This document shows, piece by piece, positions 18,803 through 31,927 of a stretch of DNA of 64,000 nucleotides. How positions within the stretch are numbered: position 1 is the first letter of the stretch; each line of letters opens with the position of its first letter. The stretch lies in contig CAWDTA010000002.1 in NCBI GenBank assembly GCA_963805085.1, forward strand, positions 256,001-320,000. Direction: 5' to 3'. Under the pieces are notes generated by a model that was given only the letters and a program-made list of their open reading frames with translations, had not been told where the DNA came from and searched no databases. Position numbers and translations under genes: made by a program. The stretch comes from an uncultured Veillonellaceae bacterium (lineage in GTDB: Bacteria > Bacillota > Negativicutes > JARBTT01).

Positions 18803-20674
18803 ATGGAAAAAAGCACTATCAAAATGTTTGATTTAGAGACCTATCGTACGTTAACAGAATATAATGGTGATATCCTATTTGAATGGGACTTAGAAACAGA
18901 TCGTTTTTTCGTTACGCCTAACTGGTTTGATATTTTCGGCTATATACCCTCTAGCTATCATTTTAGTAATGAGCTTGAGAAGAAGGCAATGATTCATCCT
19001 GATGATATTCACTTGTTTAAAGAATATATTGAAACCATTCATTATAATCAGCATGATTTAGCGAATAAAAAACTGTATTCTAAATTAGAACTACGGTTTC
19101 GCAATGTTTATCATCAATATATCTGGTGTAAACTCAGATTAGCAACTGCTTTTTCTAGTCGCAATCTTCCCTATAAAATATCGGGAATGATTACAGATAT
19201 TGATTTTGATAAAAAACACCGTGAAACTTTACTCGATCAAGCACAAAAAGACTTATTAACGGGTCTTTATAATAAAGTTACTACCCATACACTCATTGAG
19301 AAGTACCTGCATAGTTCCCCCACCACGAATAAACACGCCTTAATGATTATCGACCTTGATGGCTTCAAAGCAATCAATGATAACTTTGGCCATTTATTTG
19401 GTGATGCTGTCATCTGTGACTTGGCAACCAGTATCAAAAAAAACTTTCCAGATTCCGATATTGTCGGACGTGTTGGTGGCGATGAATTTGTTGTCTTAGT
19501 TAAAAATGTGACAAAAGGCGAATGGTTACGCAATAAGGCTCTGGCCTTAAACATTGCCCTACGCCGATCGTATATCACAGATCAGAAAGAGTATAAAATA
19601 TCGGGCAGTATTGGCATTGCCATTTATCCCATCCACTGTGAAAAATTCAACGATTTATTCAAAGCTGCCGACCAAGCATTATATTATGCAAAAGAAACGG
19701 GCAAAGATAAATATGTCATTTATTATCCGCAATTGCCGAAAGTAGAGTATCAAAACCCGCGGACAAATAGCGAAGATAATTTATCTCAAGGCAAAAAATC
19801 TTTTCATGATAATTTAACCGAATATATTTTTAGATTACTCTATAGCTCCGTAGACAGTACCGCTACAATCAAAATAATTTTGGAAGTGCTCGGCAAACGG
19901 TTCAATGTTAGCCGTGCTTTTATCTATGAGCGTAGCACCGATGGCAATCATTATTCGATTGCATTTCAATGGTGTAACCGAAATATTTCACCCATTGAAC
20001 ATTCGCTGAAACTCTTAGCCGCGGATAAGGTTGAAAAACTCTATGCTCAATTAAATCATCAAAATATGCTCAATTGTAGCAATGTTAACATGCTTAACGC
20101 AAACCAGCGAGAATTCTTCGAAATAGAAAATATTCAGGCTTTCTTGCATAGTAGAATCATTGACAGTGGTATTCCGAAAGGGTGCATTGGCTTTGATGAG
20201 TGTACCTCGCCTCGTAATTGGACGGTGGAAGAAGTTGACATCTTGGTCTTTATCTCCGAGATGCTCACTACTTTTTTACTCAAAAAAAATGCAGTTAAAA
20301 AAAGCAAGGAGATAGAAGCCAGCCTAGTCAATATTCTGCATCATGTTGATGCCTGGCTCTACGTCGTCGATAAGTATACCTATGATGTACTATTCGTTAA
20401 TAAAAAACTCAATGCAGCTATTGGTCAAAATGGCGACAGCTTTAAATGCTATCATGTTTTCCACAATAGCGAAGCCCCATGTTCTGATTGTCCAATGAAA
20501 GATATCTCATTAAACTCTAGGCATTCTGTCAAAGAATTCTATGATAAAACTAAAAATATCTGGGTAAAAATGAACGCCTCAAAAATCAGCTGGAATGATT
20601 CCTCTGATGCCTGCCTCATTCAAGTTGATGATATCTCAGCGCGAAAACAGTTGGAATTTTTGCCGATGAATTAA
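18803..20674 (+). CDS. Diguanylate cyclase (PAS-GGDEF-GAF-PAS-like)
   Basis: IHPDD PAS motif, DLLTGLYN, DLDGFKAINDNFGHLFGD, RVGGDEF, then a GAF-like segment (GCIGFDEC..RNWT). Confidence 0.9.
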   Translation: MEKSTIKMFDLETYRTLTEYNGDILFEWDLETDRFFVTPNWFDIFGYIPSSYHFSNELEKKAMIHPDDIHLFKEYIETIHYNQHDLANKKLYSKLELRFRNVYHQYIWCKLRLATAFSSRNLPYKISGMITDIDFDKKHRETLLDQAQKDLLTGLYNKVTTHTLIEKYLHSSPTTNKHALMIIDLDGFKAINDNFGHLFGDAVICDLATSIKKNFPDSDIVGRVGGDEFVVLVKNVTKGEWLRNKALALNIALRRSYITDQKEYKISGSIGIAIYPIHCEKFNDLFKAADQALYYAKETGKDKYVIYYPQLPKVEYQNPRTNSEDNLSQGKKSFHDNLTEYIFRLLYSSVDSTATIKIILEVLGKRFNVSRAFIYERSTDGNHYSIAFQWCNRNISPIEHSLKLLAADKVEKLYAQLNHQNMLNCSNVNMLNANQREFFEIENIQAFLHSRIIDSGIPKGCIGFDECTSPRNWTVEEVDILVFISEMLTTFLLKKNAVKKSKEIEASLVNILHHVDAWLYVVDKYTYDVLFVNKKLNAAIGQNGDSFKCYHVFHNSEAPCSDCPMKDISLNSRHSVKEFYDKTKNIWVKMNASKISWNDSSDACLIQVDDISARKQLEFLPMN

Positions 20675-20722
20675 CAAAAACTCACTTTTCAAATCCGTTT
20701 AGGACTGAAAAGTGAGCTTTTG
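20675..20722. terminator. Bidirectional terminator between the convergent DGC and BglG genes
   Basis: CTCACTTTTCA...TGAAAAGTGAG stem with A/T tails. Confidence 0.7.
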
Positions 20723-20738
20723 TTTTTAACGAATCGAT

Positions 20739-21575
20739 CTACTTGTTTTTAACCACTTTTTCAATATGTATAATCAAATACATTTGTTCTTCTTTTGTTA
20801 ATTCATATTCATATTCTGCGGCAATCATTGTTTTGATGTTCTTGACGCATTCATATGTATTGACGTATTTTTCGCTCATTGCATCAAACATTTCATCGTC
20901 TTTATCTTCATAGACTTTCCCACTAAACAAGCGCTGTGCAAGCGATTTCAAATGGGTTACAAAACGACTGTAATTAAGAGACTCTTCATCATATTCAAAT
21001 TTATAGTGAGTTTTTACCATATTCAAAATGCCTTGAATCATCTTTGTCACATCAACAATACGATCTAAATCTCCATTTAACTCTGCATTGACGAAATGCA
21101 AAGCGATAAAAGCTGCTTCATCTTCTTTTAAACTAACACTGCACTGCCGCTGTAATAAAGCCAGAGCCTTCTGACCGATGATAAACTCATCTTTATAAAT
21201 GTGTCTAATTTCCCAGCGCAATGCATTTTTCAATTGAAAGCCATAGCTTTCTCTGCCAATCACCCGATAAATATGTTCAGTCAACGTAACATAAATACTA
21301 TCATCAAATTTTTTGACATAGGTCTCTTTCGCATAATCAATGATTTTTGTGCTTAATAGGATGTATTCTAATGGAATTTCCAGCGCAACTTTTTTAAACA
21401 ACGCAAATACATCTGGATTCAAAAAAGTAAAAATTTTCTGTATTTTTTTGGCATCTACAAGTGAGTCACCGCTGTTTAAGCGAAAAGCAATACCTCTCCC
21501 TACCACAATCACTTCTTGTGATTTTTCATTGAAACACACAATAGCGTTATTATTCAGGACTTCTTCAATCTTCAT
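20739..21575 (-). CDS. BglG/LicT family transcriptional antiterminator (CAT-PRD-PRD)
   Basis: VLNNN..GRGIAF CAT domain; PRD histidines LTEHI, IALHF, FVTHL, LIIHI. Confidence 0.92.
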   Translation of the reverse strand: MKIEEVLNNNAIVCFNEKSQEVIVVGRGIAFRLNSGDSLVDAKKIQKIFTFLNPDVFALFKKVALEIPLEYILLSTKIIDYAKETYVKKFDDSIYVTLTEHIYRVIGRESYGFQLKNALRWEIRHIYKDEFIIGQKALALLQRQCSVSLKEDEAAFIALHFVNAELNGDLDRIVDVTKMIQGILNMVKTHYKFEYDEESLNYSRFVTHLKSLAQRLFSGKVYEDKDDEMFDAMSEKYVNTYECVKNIKTMIAAEYEYELTKEEQMYLIIHIEKVVKNK

Positions 21576-21617
21576 ACATACCCCTCTTACAATATTATTT
21601 TAAAAATATACTGCAAT

Positions 21618-21693
21618 AAAAAGGCAAACCCTATAACGTTACCATTATAGGTTTCACCTGTATTCCTACTACTTTGTTAACCGGTAACTATTC
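21618..21693 (-). promoter_or_regulatory. Terminator with overlapping degenerate RAT-like sequence upstream of the antiterminator
   Basis: Minus strand GAATAGTTACCG-N21-CAGGTGAAACC overlaps the stem AGGTGAAACCTATAA/TTATAGGGTTTGCCT, which is followed by a T tract. Confidence 0.5.
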
Positions 21694-21750
21694 GATCGTA
21701 TAACAATGCTTTATTGTCCAGTACTTTTTTCCAGTTATATTCATTATACT

Positions 21751-22803
21751 TTATTTTCTTTTCAATACGCAACGTATTCCTGGTTTTATTCTCGGTAAAG
21801 CAAAACATTTGCTACAATTTAGGCACTTTGATTTTTCTTGTCCATTAAGCAAGCGCTGAATAATATCTGGCTCACAAATAAATGGACGGCTAAGCGACAC
21901 CATATCAATACCACTTTCCAAGACTTGATCCATATCAGCCAAGGAACGCACCCCACCGACTAAGATGATCGGAAGTTCAGGAACGGCTTTTTTTATTTTT
22001 CTAATCCGTTCTACATAATAATTGGTTGCCGTACGAGGTTGTGAAATAAAATCAACACCACTAAGTTCCACCGCTTCAACACCAAGCTTAGCAAGTTCTT
22101 GTAACATATATAGCAAATCTTGCTCATATGCAAGATCATCTGTCCGTGAATCATTATTTATTTTAATGAATAATGGAAATTGTTCGCCACATTTTTCCTT
22201 TATACCAACGACAATTTCCCGAATCAAACGAAAACGATTTTCCACTGTACCGCCATAAGCATCAGTCCGGTGATTAAATGTTGTATCAATGAATTGAGAT
22301 AGCAAATAACTGTGGGCAACATGTAGTTGCACGCCATCAAGACCACTTTGTTTTACTCGATAAGCCGCATTAATAAATTCGGTCTTAATCTGCGCAATTT
22401 CTTCGATCGTAAGTTCACGTGATACTTTACCCTTTTTAAGCTCAGCTGCCGAAACGCCGGCCAAATCCTCATGATTGACTGCCCGCGGCCCCGCATGGTT
22501 AATTTGGGCAACAATTTTTGCACCATATTTATTTACAAGAGTATGTAGTTTTTTTAATTGTGGAATAAACGCATCATCATAGATGGCCGTCTGATCTTCA
22601 TTGGCCATGCCTGTAGGCGAAACACTGCAGTGACCTGTAATAATAAGTCCCACATCATTTGCGGCAAGTTCTTGATACATAGCATACTCTGCCTCTGACA
22701 TTGCCCCTTCTTTCGTACCCAAGAAACAATGCGTTGCCGAGCGCACAATTCTATTTTTTATCTGCATATGTTTTAAATCAATTTCTTCTAATATTTTTGT
22801 CAT
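21751..22803 (-). CDS. NADH:flavin oxidoreductase (old yellow enzyme family)
   Basis: KNRIVRSAT, QINHAG, DGVQLHVAHSYLLSQF, NHRTDAYGG..ENR, C-terminal CLNCSKC. Confidence 0.9.
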   Translation of the reverse strand: MTKILEEIDLKHMQIKNRIVRSATHCFLGTKEGAMSEAEYAMYQELAANDVGLIITGHCSVSPTGMANEDQTAIYDDAFIPQLKKLHTLVNKYGAKIVAQINHAGPRAVNHEDLAGVSAAELKKGKVSRELTIEEIAQIKTEFINAAYRVKQSGLDGVQLHVAHSYLLSQFIDTTFNHRTDAYGGTVENRFRLIREIVVGIKEKCGEQFPLFIKINNDSRTDDLAYEQDLLYMLQELAKLGVEAVELSGVDFISQPRTATNYYVERIRKIKKAVPELPIILVGGVRSLADMDQVLESGIDMVSLSRPFICEPDIIQRLLNGQEKSKCLNCSKCFALPRIKPGIRCVLKRK

Positions 22804-22945
22804 AGGTTGCTTCAGCCCTCCAAAACTAAATAATCATATCAACTCTATTATAGCATAATTAAGCGACTGCATAGTCATCTTTTTTTCCTTATTAATAAAA
22901 AGAAGAGGAGCTGTTGTAAAATAATCACAATAGCTCCTAAATCTA

Positions 22946-24205
22946 TTATTTTACTGTTCGTCTAATATCGGCACCTAGTCCACAAAGTTTGCTGACAAGC
23001 TGATCATAGCCACGATCGATATGATGAATATAGCCCACTTGCGTTTCTCCATCAGCCACCAAACCAGCAAGCACCATTGCGGCACCTGCACGAAGATCAG
23101 TTGCTTTCACCTGACACCCCGTTAAAGTCCCTACGCCTTCAACAACAGCACTGCGGCCTTCAATTTTGATATTTGCACCCATACGTTTGAGTTCATCTAC
23201 GTGCATAAAACGGTTTTCGAACACCGTTTCTGTAACAACGCTAGTACCTTCTGCTATTGTTTGCATAGCCATAAATTGCGCTTGCATATCGGTTGGAAAC
23301 CCAGGATAAGGTAGCGTTTTAATGTCAACGGCTTTGATTGGACCATCACAGCTTACACGTATACCGCTAATCTCTTCTTCTATTGTGACACCTGCTTCTT
23401 TTAATTTCGCAATCACAGGTTTTAAGTGTTCACTAATTGCATTTTCAATATAAACATTACCCCTTGTCATTGCTGCTGCAACCATGTAAGTCCCAGCTTC
23501 AATACGGTCAGGGATAATTGTATAGTTTTTACCTTCTAAGCGTTCCACGCCTTCAATTTTAATGACATTTGTTCCAGCACCGCGAATATTCGCACCCATA
23601 ACATTTAAATAATTTACTAAATCAATAATTTCAGGTTCATGGGCTGGATTTTCGATGATGGTTTGACCTTTCGCCATACATGCTGCCATAATAATATTTT
23701 CTGTTGCCCCTACGCTTGGAAAATCAAGATAAATTCTAGCACCAGTTAAACCATTTGGTGCTGTTGCTTCAATATAGCCATGTCCAGTTTCTATTTTTGC
23801 CCCAAGTGCTTCAAAACCCTTTAAGTGTAAATCTATTGGTCTTGTCCCAATGGCACAGCCTCCTGGCAAAGAAATTTTGGCATGTCCACAACGTGCTAAT
23901 AATGGTCCCATAATTAAGAATGATGCCCGCATTTTTCTCACAAGTTCATAAGGAGCTTCACAAGATACGATATTCGTACTATCAACATTGAGCGTATTAT
24001 CGCCATTATTCACAACTTTCACGCCCAATTGGCATAACACTTCCGAAATCGTGCGTACATCTTCTAGGTCTGGTACTTCTTCCAGCATGCTCGGTGTTTG
24101 CCCTAGTAGTGTTGCCGCAATAATCGGTAAAACCGCATTTTTTGCCCCACTAATCTTTACCGATCCCTCTAATCTCTTGCCACCATTTATAATCAGCTTT
24201 TCCAT
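22946..24205 (-). CDS. murA: UDP-N-acetylglucosamine 1-carboxyvinyltransferase
   Basis: [29 protein letters not shown]. Confidence 0.98.
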   Translation of the reverse strand: MEKLIINGGKRLEGSVKISGAKNAVLPIIAATLLGQTPSMLEEVPDLEDVRTISEVLCQLGVKVVNNGDNTLNVDSTNIVSCEAPYELVRKMRASFLIMGPLLARCGHAKISLPGGCAIGTRPIDLHLKGFEALGAKIETGHGYIEATAPNGLTGARIYLDFPSVGATENIIMAACMAKGQTIIENPAHEPEIIDLVNYLNVMGANIRGAGTNVIKIEGVERLEGKNYTIIPDRIEAGTYMVAAAMTRGNVYIENAISEHLKPVIAKLKEAGVTIEEEISGIRVSCDGPIKAVDIKTLPYPGFPTDMQAQFMAMQTIAEGTSVVTETVFENRFMHVDELKRMGANIKIEGRSAVVEGVGTLTGCQVKATDLRAGAAMVLAGLVADGETQVGYIHHIDRGYDQLVSKLCGLGADIRRTVK

Positions 24206-24281
24206 TAATATCCTCCTGAAATCCGTATACTACTAAGAATAATCCTTTTGATCTGCAGCTAGTTGAAATCCCTTGTCCATA

Positions 24282-25034
24282 TTAATACTCAATTGAAATT
24301 ACTGGCGAACCAATAATCACGTAAGTACGACCATCGTATTCATTATACCGCATTACCATATTAAGATTGACTATATCTTTACCTGCAATAACGCGCTCCT
24401 CTATCGTTGGGGCAAAACCTACATAACTAAAATACGTTTTAGCATCTGTCTTTTTCATCGGCGTTGCACCAATGGAGTCGAAGGCATCTTGCAAGCGTAA
24501 TGACCATTCATCATTCCTTAGTTTACCATCAAGATACCCCTTCAAGCAAGTGCTAATCGTCGGAGATGAATGGAATTTTTTCATAATATTTTTTAATTTT
24601 GCTTTTGTTTGGATAATTTTATCTTCCTCTGCTGATTTTTCCATGTAATTCACCGATAAAAAGGTAGTATTCTTGGATGTATCCTGCTCCACCATATTGC
24701 AAATCGCAATGCTCATTTTCTTATTTTCGATCTCAACTTTCGCTTTGACATCAATTTTTTCCGTGTCTTCTATAACTTCAATCGTATACTGATCCTCTGT
24801 AAATCCCAACTCTTTTAACATATCTTTTTCAATCTTCATAAATATAGCAACATTTTCAAACTCTTCTGGCAATTTTTCCCATGCGTAAATATAAAAGCTA
24901 TCTACTTCTGCACCGGTGGCTTGCATAGCAGCGCTTAACGGCTCCGATAGCGTCACCGGTACGTTTTGCGCTTTACTAATAAATACAATATTAATCATAA
25001 GAACTAAAAAAATACCAACTATAACTTTTCTCAT
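24282..25034 (-). CDS. YwmB family protein
   Basis: Position between atpC and murA; C-terminal NLNMVMRYNEYDGRTYVIIGSPVISIEY. Start set at ATG 25034. Confidence 0.75.
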   Translation of the reverse strand: MRKVIVGIFLVLMINIVFISKAQNVPVTLSEPLSAAMQATGAEVDSFYIYAWEKLPEEFENVAIFMKIEKDMLKELGFTEDQYTIEVIEDTEKIDVKAKVEIENKKMSIAICNMVEQDTSKNTTFLSVNYMEKSAEEDKIIQTKAKLKNIMKKFHSSPTISTCLKGYLDGKLRNDEWSLRLQDAFDSIGATPMKKTDAKTYFSYVGFAPTIEERVIAGKDIVNLNMVMRYNEYDGRTYVIIGSPVISIEY

Positions 25035-25096
25035 TTTGTTAACCTCCACTAAACTCTTATTAATTTCATTCTTACCAGATTTTAGCTTTGATATAC

Positions 25097-25135
25097 AAAA
25101 AGGGTGTAATCAAAAGAGTTCTTTTGATTACACCC
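25097..25135 (-). terminator. atp operon terminator
   Basis: GGGTGTAATCAAAAG/CTTTTGATTACACCC 15-bp stem followed by a T tract on the minus strand. Confidence 0.85.
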
Positions 25136-25150
25136 GCTCTATGATTTCTA

Positions 25151-25564
25151 TTACTTATTCGAAAACTTATTCGTAGCCATTAAACGTGCTTTGGCACGAT
25201 TTAAAGCGGCTTGAGCACGATTCATATCAACATCAGTTTTCTCTGTATTGATGCGCGCTAAAGCTCTATCATATGCTTTTTGCGCACGATCTACATCAAT
25301 TTGTTCAGGTAACTCTGCATTCGTTGCAAGCACTGTGATTTTTTTTGGTTGAACCTCAATAAAACCACCGCTTACTGCGATTAAGTGCTCACCTTCATCT
25401 GTTAATACTCTCATTGGCGCTGGCACAAGTCCGGCGATTAAAGGAGCATGGTTAGGCAAAATACCGAGCTCGCCATCCGTACTTCTTACAATAAGCATAT
25501 TAATATCTGTTGTATAAACGACTCTTTGTGGAGAAACAATTTCTAGCTTAATTTTGTTAGCCAA
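25151..25564 (-). CDS. atpC: ATP synthase epsilon
   Basis: GELGILPNHAP, VSGGFIEV. Confidence 0.97.
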   Translation of the reverse strand: MANKIKLEIVSPQRVVYTTDINMLIVRSTDGELGILPNHAPLIAGLVPAPMRVLTDEGEHLIAVSGGFIEVQPKKITVLATNAELPEQIDVDRAQKAYDRALARINTEKTDVDMNRAQAALNRAKARLMATNKFSNK

Positions 25565-25567
25565 TTG

Positions 25568-26992
<1,425 letters not shown>

Positions 26993-27844
26993 TTAATTCA
27001 AGGCTTCGGCACCACTCACGATTTCATTGATCTCAGTAGTAATACCAGCCTGACGAATTTTATTATAAGTTAAGACTAATTTATGAATTAAATCTTGTGC
27101 ATTATCTGTTGCACTACTCATTGCTGTCATACGAGAACCAAGTTCACTCGCAGCTGCTTGCAATAGTGCAGCGTAAATCATAGTTTCTAGATATTGTGGC
27201 AATAAGTGCCCAAGCACTTCACCAGCAGATGGCTCATAAATATATTCGCCATTTTGTCCAGCCTCTTGTCCTTCAATACCTGTAAACGGTAATAATTTTA
27301 CCGTTGTTGGAACGACGTTAATGGTAGAAATAAATTTGGTATACACCATATAAATTTCATCACATTCGCCTTTTGTGAACATATCAATTATTTTAGATGC
27401 AATACCTCTTGCATCTTCATAAGTCGGTCTTTCACTAAACCCTGCATACTCAGCAGTAATAGAATAGCCACGATTTCTAAAATATTCGTTAGACTTTCTA
27501 CCTACAGTGACGAGATCCGCCTCGCTTTTGCTTGAAAGATTTGCCACAACTTCTTTGAAGACGTTGCTGGCATAAGCCCCAGCCAAACCTTTATCAGAGG
27601 CTAATACGACATAAACTTTCTTGTCGACTTTCCGTACTTCAAGTAGTGGATGACTTACTTCACCTGCATTTGCAGCGACATCATTCAATACTTGACGCAT
27701 TTTATCTGCATATGGTTTGTTTGCCGAAGCATTTTCCTGAGCTCGGCGCAGACGAGCTGCAGCAACCATTTTCATGGCTTTAGTGATTTGCTGAATGTTT
27801 TTTACACTCTTTATCCGCCGACGGATATCTTGTAAATTAGCCAA
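26993..27844 (-). CDS. atpG: ATP synthase gamma
   Basis: ITKAMKMVAAARL, RMTAMSSATDNA, RQAGITTEINEI. Confidence 0.98.
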   Translation of the reverse strand: MANLQDIRRRIKSVKNIQQITKAMKMVAAARLRRAQENASANKPYADKMRQVLNDVAANAGEVSHPLLEVRKVDKKVYVVLASDKGLAGAYASNVFKEVVANLSSKSEADLVTVGRKSNEYFRNRGYSITAEYAGFSERPTYEDARGIASKIIDMFTKGECDEIYMVYTKFISTINVVPTTVKLLPFTGIEGQEAGQNGEYIYEPSAGEVLGHLLPQYLETMIYAALLQAAASELGSRMTAMSSATDNAQDLIHKLVLTYNKIRQAGITTEINEIVSGAEALN

Positions 27845-27867
27845 TTAAAATCACCTCGCAGCTTCAA

Positions 27868-29397
<1,530 letters not shown>

Positions 29398-29416
29398 TCA
29401 CCCCAATCTTAACAAT

Positions 29417-29956
29417 TTAATTTGTCAATAATTGTGCTTTTAACACTTGCATTCTACGCGTTACACTGCCATCAATCAGCTTATCACCGATTTTCACAAC
29501 AACGCCGCCTAAAATACTTTTATCTATTTTTGTTTTGATAACAACCGTTTTACCAGTTGTCACGCTTAATTTTTTCACTAATTGAGCTTCTTGCTCGGTG
29601 CTTAATGCACATGCAACAGTAACTTCTGCTTCGACAATATCTTGCGCAGCATTCGCTAGTACTGTGTATTCACCAAGGATCTGTTTTAATAAACTTTCGC
29701 GACGTTTATCTACTAATAGCAATAAAAAATTATAAACAACTTTAGCTAGCTTACCTTGAAATAATTTAGCAATCACTTCTTTTTTCGCTTCTGGTTTGAT
29801 GCGCGGATGATTGATGAAATTCGTCAAATCAGCTTGACTATACACAGTATCTGTTACTTCCACCAATTGCTCGCCAAACTGTGTTAATTGCTTTTCTTCA
29901 AGAGCCACTTCATAAATCGCCCTTGCATATTTCTGTGCTAACTGAGTGGTTAGCAT
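29417..29956 (-). CDS. atpH: ATP synthase delta
   Basis: YARA..., DKSILGGVVVKIGDKLIDGS; operon position. Confidence 0.96.
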   Translation of the reverse strand: MLTTQLAQKYARAIYEVALEEKQLTQFGEQLVEVTDTVYSQADLTNFINHPRIKPEAKKEVIAKLFQGKLAKVVYNFLLLLVDKRRESLLKQILGEYTVLANAAQDIVEAEVTVACALSTEQEAQLVKKLSVTTGKTVVIKTKIDKSILGGVVVKIGDKLIDGSVTRRMQVLKAQLLTN

Positions 29957-30453
29957 GGTAGGCCACCTATTTTCTCTGCATCTAATTTATCGATGAATTC
30001 GCTCACTAATTGTTCGTTTACTTTTTCATCAATATTACTATTAATAATTTTAGCAGCTGCTGCCATCGATAAAGCTACTACTTCACCCTTAAGTTTAGCT
30101 ACTGCAAGTTCACGGTCGCGATCAATATCAGCTTGAGCGGATTTACGCATGCGTTCAATCTCAGCTCTTGTTTCGGCTATACCAGCTTCTCTTTCCTCAG
30201 CAGCAAGTTTCGTCGCTTTATCAACGATTTCTTGTGCTTCAATCCGAGCAGAAGCCAATTGTTTTTGATAATCTACTAATAATTTTTTTGCTGCAATTTC
30301 ATCTTGTTCAGCGGATTTAATGCTATTGGCGATTTTTTCTTCACGTTCTGCTAATGCTTTCATTAGCGGCTTATAAGCCACTTTTGTTAAGATTACAACT
30401 AATATGAGAAAATTTAAAATTTGAGCAACTAACGTCATATTAATATCAACCAT
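29950..30453 (-). CDS. atpF: ATP synthase subunit b
   Basis: N-terminal TM (QILNFLILV..YKP) followed by a coiled coil; operon position. Confidence 0.96.
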   Translation of the reverse strand: MVDINMTLVAQILNFLILVVILTKVAYKPLMKALAEREEKIANSIKSAEQDEIAAKKLLVDYQKQLASARIEAQEIVDKATKLAAEEREAGIAETRAEIERMRKSAQADIDRDRELAVAKLKGEVVALSMAAAAKIINSNIDEKVNEQLVSEFIDKLDAEKIGGLPC

Positions 30454-30492
30454 TTTTGAACCTCCTTATCTAGCGCGTATCTCGTATAAATT

Positions 30493-30519
30493 GGGCGACG
30501 GCAAAGGATGCTGTCGCCC
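30493..30519 (-). promoter_or_regulatory. Intercistronic stem-loop between atpE and atpF
   Basis: GGGCGACAGCA-TCCTT-TGCCGTCGCCC on the minus strand with no long U tract; probably affects mRNA stability or stoichiometry (inference). Confidence 0.5.
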
Positions 30520-30536
30520 CATACATCAATCGTCAA

Positions 30537-30788
30537 TTATTTAATTAGTGGATTTGCATATAACATAACGATAGCGATAACTGCTGCGATAATAGGCACA
30601 GCTTCAATTAAACCTACGGAAATAAGAGTGTTAATGAATAATACATTTTTAGCTTCTGGTTGACGAGTTAAACCTTCGATAAATTTTGAAGTTACAAGAC
30701 TGTTACCAATACTTGCACCTACTGCTGCTAATCCAATTGCTAAACCTGCTGCTAATAAAGCTGCTACTACCATAATTGAGTGTTCCAT
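30537..30788 (-). CDS. atpE: ATP synthase subunit c (H+-type signature)
   Basis: RQPEA loop and LIEAVPII, lacking the E-S/T Na+ motif. True start is ATG 30788 (MEHSIM), not the ORF-track 30947. Confidence 0.96.
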   Translation of the reverse strand: MEHSIMVVAALLAAGLAIGLAAVGASIGNSLVTSKFIEGLTRQPEAKNVLFINTLISVGLIEAVPIIAAVIAIVMLYANPLIK

Positions 30789-30841
30789 TAATAAAATCCC
30801 CCTTAAAATAAATAAGTTTTTAATTTTTTTGATGATATCAT

Positions 30842-31516
30842 TTAATCGTGGTGATCGTCTTTTACAGCGTTCGCCAAATATGACATAGATAACATCGTGA
30901 ATATAAAGGCTTGAACAACACCAACAAAGATACTGAAAGCAAGCCAAACGACACTAGGCACTGGCATCCAAATTGGCACTAACATCAACAAGATAATAAT
31001 CAATATTTCCCCTGCTAAAATATTACCAAATAGACGAAAGGCAAGAGTAATCGGTTTTGCTACTTCTTCAATGATATTGATGATGACAAATAGGGCAAAC
31101 GGTTGAAAGAAATGTTTGATATAATTCATTCCTTTAAAATAAACGCCCAAGATATGTAACATCAAAACTATCATCAACGCTAAACCAAATGTAGTGTTCA
31201 CATCACTTGTAGGCGATGTGAGGGTTGGTATTAGACCCAACCAATTTGAAATGAGGATAAACAAGAATAAGGAGATAATCAGCGGTGCCAATTTTCTACC
31301 CTTTGGACCCATAGTTGCATCGATCTGATCGAGCAATGCAGACATAATCATCTCAAGCACACTTTGCCAGCCTGTCGGAACTAACTTCAAATTGCGCGTA
31401 GCTATAAAAGCTATAAAGATAACGACTGCCATTGCCAGCCAGGTCATGTACAACGTATCCATGTTGAAGCTGAACCCAGCTATCTGTGCTACGTGATGAG
31501 CACCGATTTCATGCAT
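30842..31516 (-). CDS. atpB: ATP synthase subunit a
   Basis: AFRLFGNILAGE, QAFIFTML. Confidence 0.97.
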   Translation of the reverse strand: MHEIGAHHVAQIAGFSFNMDTLYMTWLAMAVVIFIAFIATRNLKLVPTGWQSVLEMIMSALLDQIDATMGPKGRKLAPLIISLFLFILISNWLGLIPTLTSPTSDVNTTFGLALMIVLMLHILGVYFKGMNYIKHFFQPFALFVIINIIEEVAKPITLAFRLFGNILAGEILIIILLMLVPIWMPVPSVVWLAFSIFVGVVQAFIFTMLSMSYLANAVKDDHHD

Positions 31517-31540
31517 ACATACCACTCCCAAGTTATGTAA

Positions 31541-31927
31541 TCATTTTTTATTATTAGCATTACTATTGTAGGCAAATACAATAGCATTTACCATCATGAT
31601 CACAGAAATTAAAAAGAGCCCTATAACAACCGCCCAAAACATCTCTACCGATATGCGGATTGCCATAATTAAGGTTCCAAGAATGAGAAACAGTCTGATT
31701 ACCCAACCAAATTGCATACTCTTTTTTGCTTCGTCTCCACTTAGATCGGCACTCTTTGTTATTCTGTAAGCAATGATAAACCAACAAGCCCCACCAACGA
31801 TACAGCCAGTAATTATAGGCATAACAAGATATGCCTTTCCTAATACATACGCACCAAGGCCACATAAAAGTAAGCTAATTACAGTCTGAGTCAATATACA
31901 CTTCATGCACGCTAATAAATCTTTCAT
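31541..31927 (-). CDS. atpI: ATP synthase protein I
   Basis: Four-TM 128-aa protein directly upstream of atpB. Confidence 0.8.
   Translation of the reverse strand: MKDLLACMKCILTQTVISLLLCGLGAYVLGKAYLVMPIITGCIVGGACWFIIAYRITKSADLSGDEAKKSMQFGWVIRLFLILGTLIMAIRISVEMFWAVVIGLFLISVIMMVNAIVFAYNSNANNKK

Noticed and set aside
30789-30947. 136-aa extended atpE
   Set aside because: Overlaps atpB out of frame; the RBS supports ATG 30788, giving a normal 83-aa c subunit.
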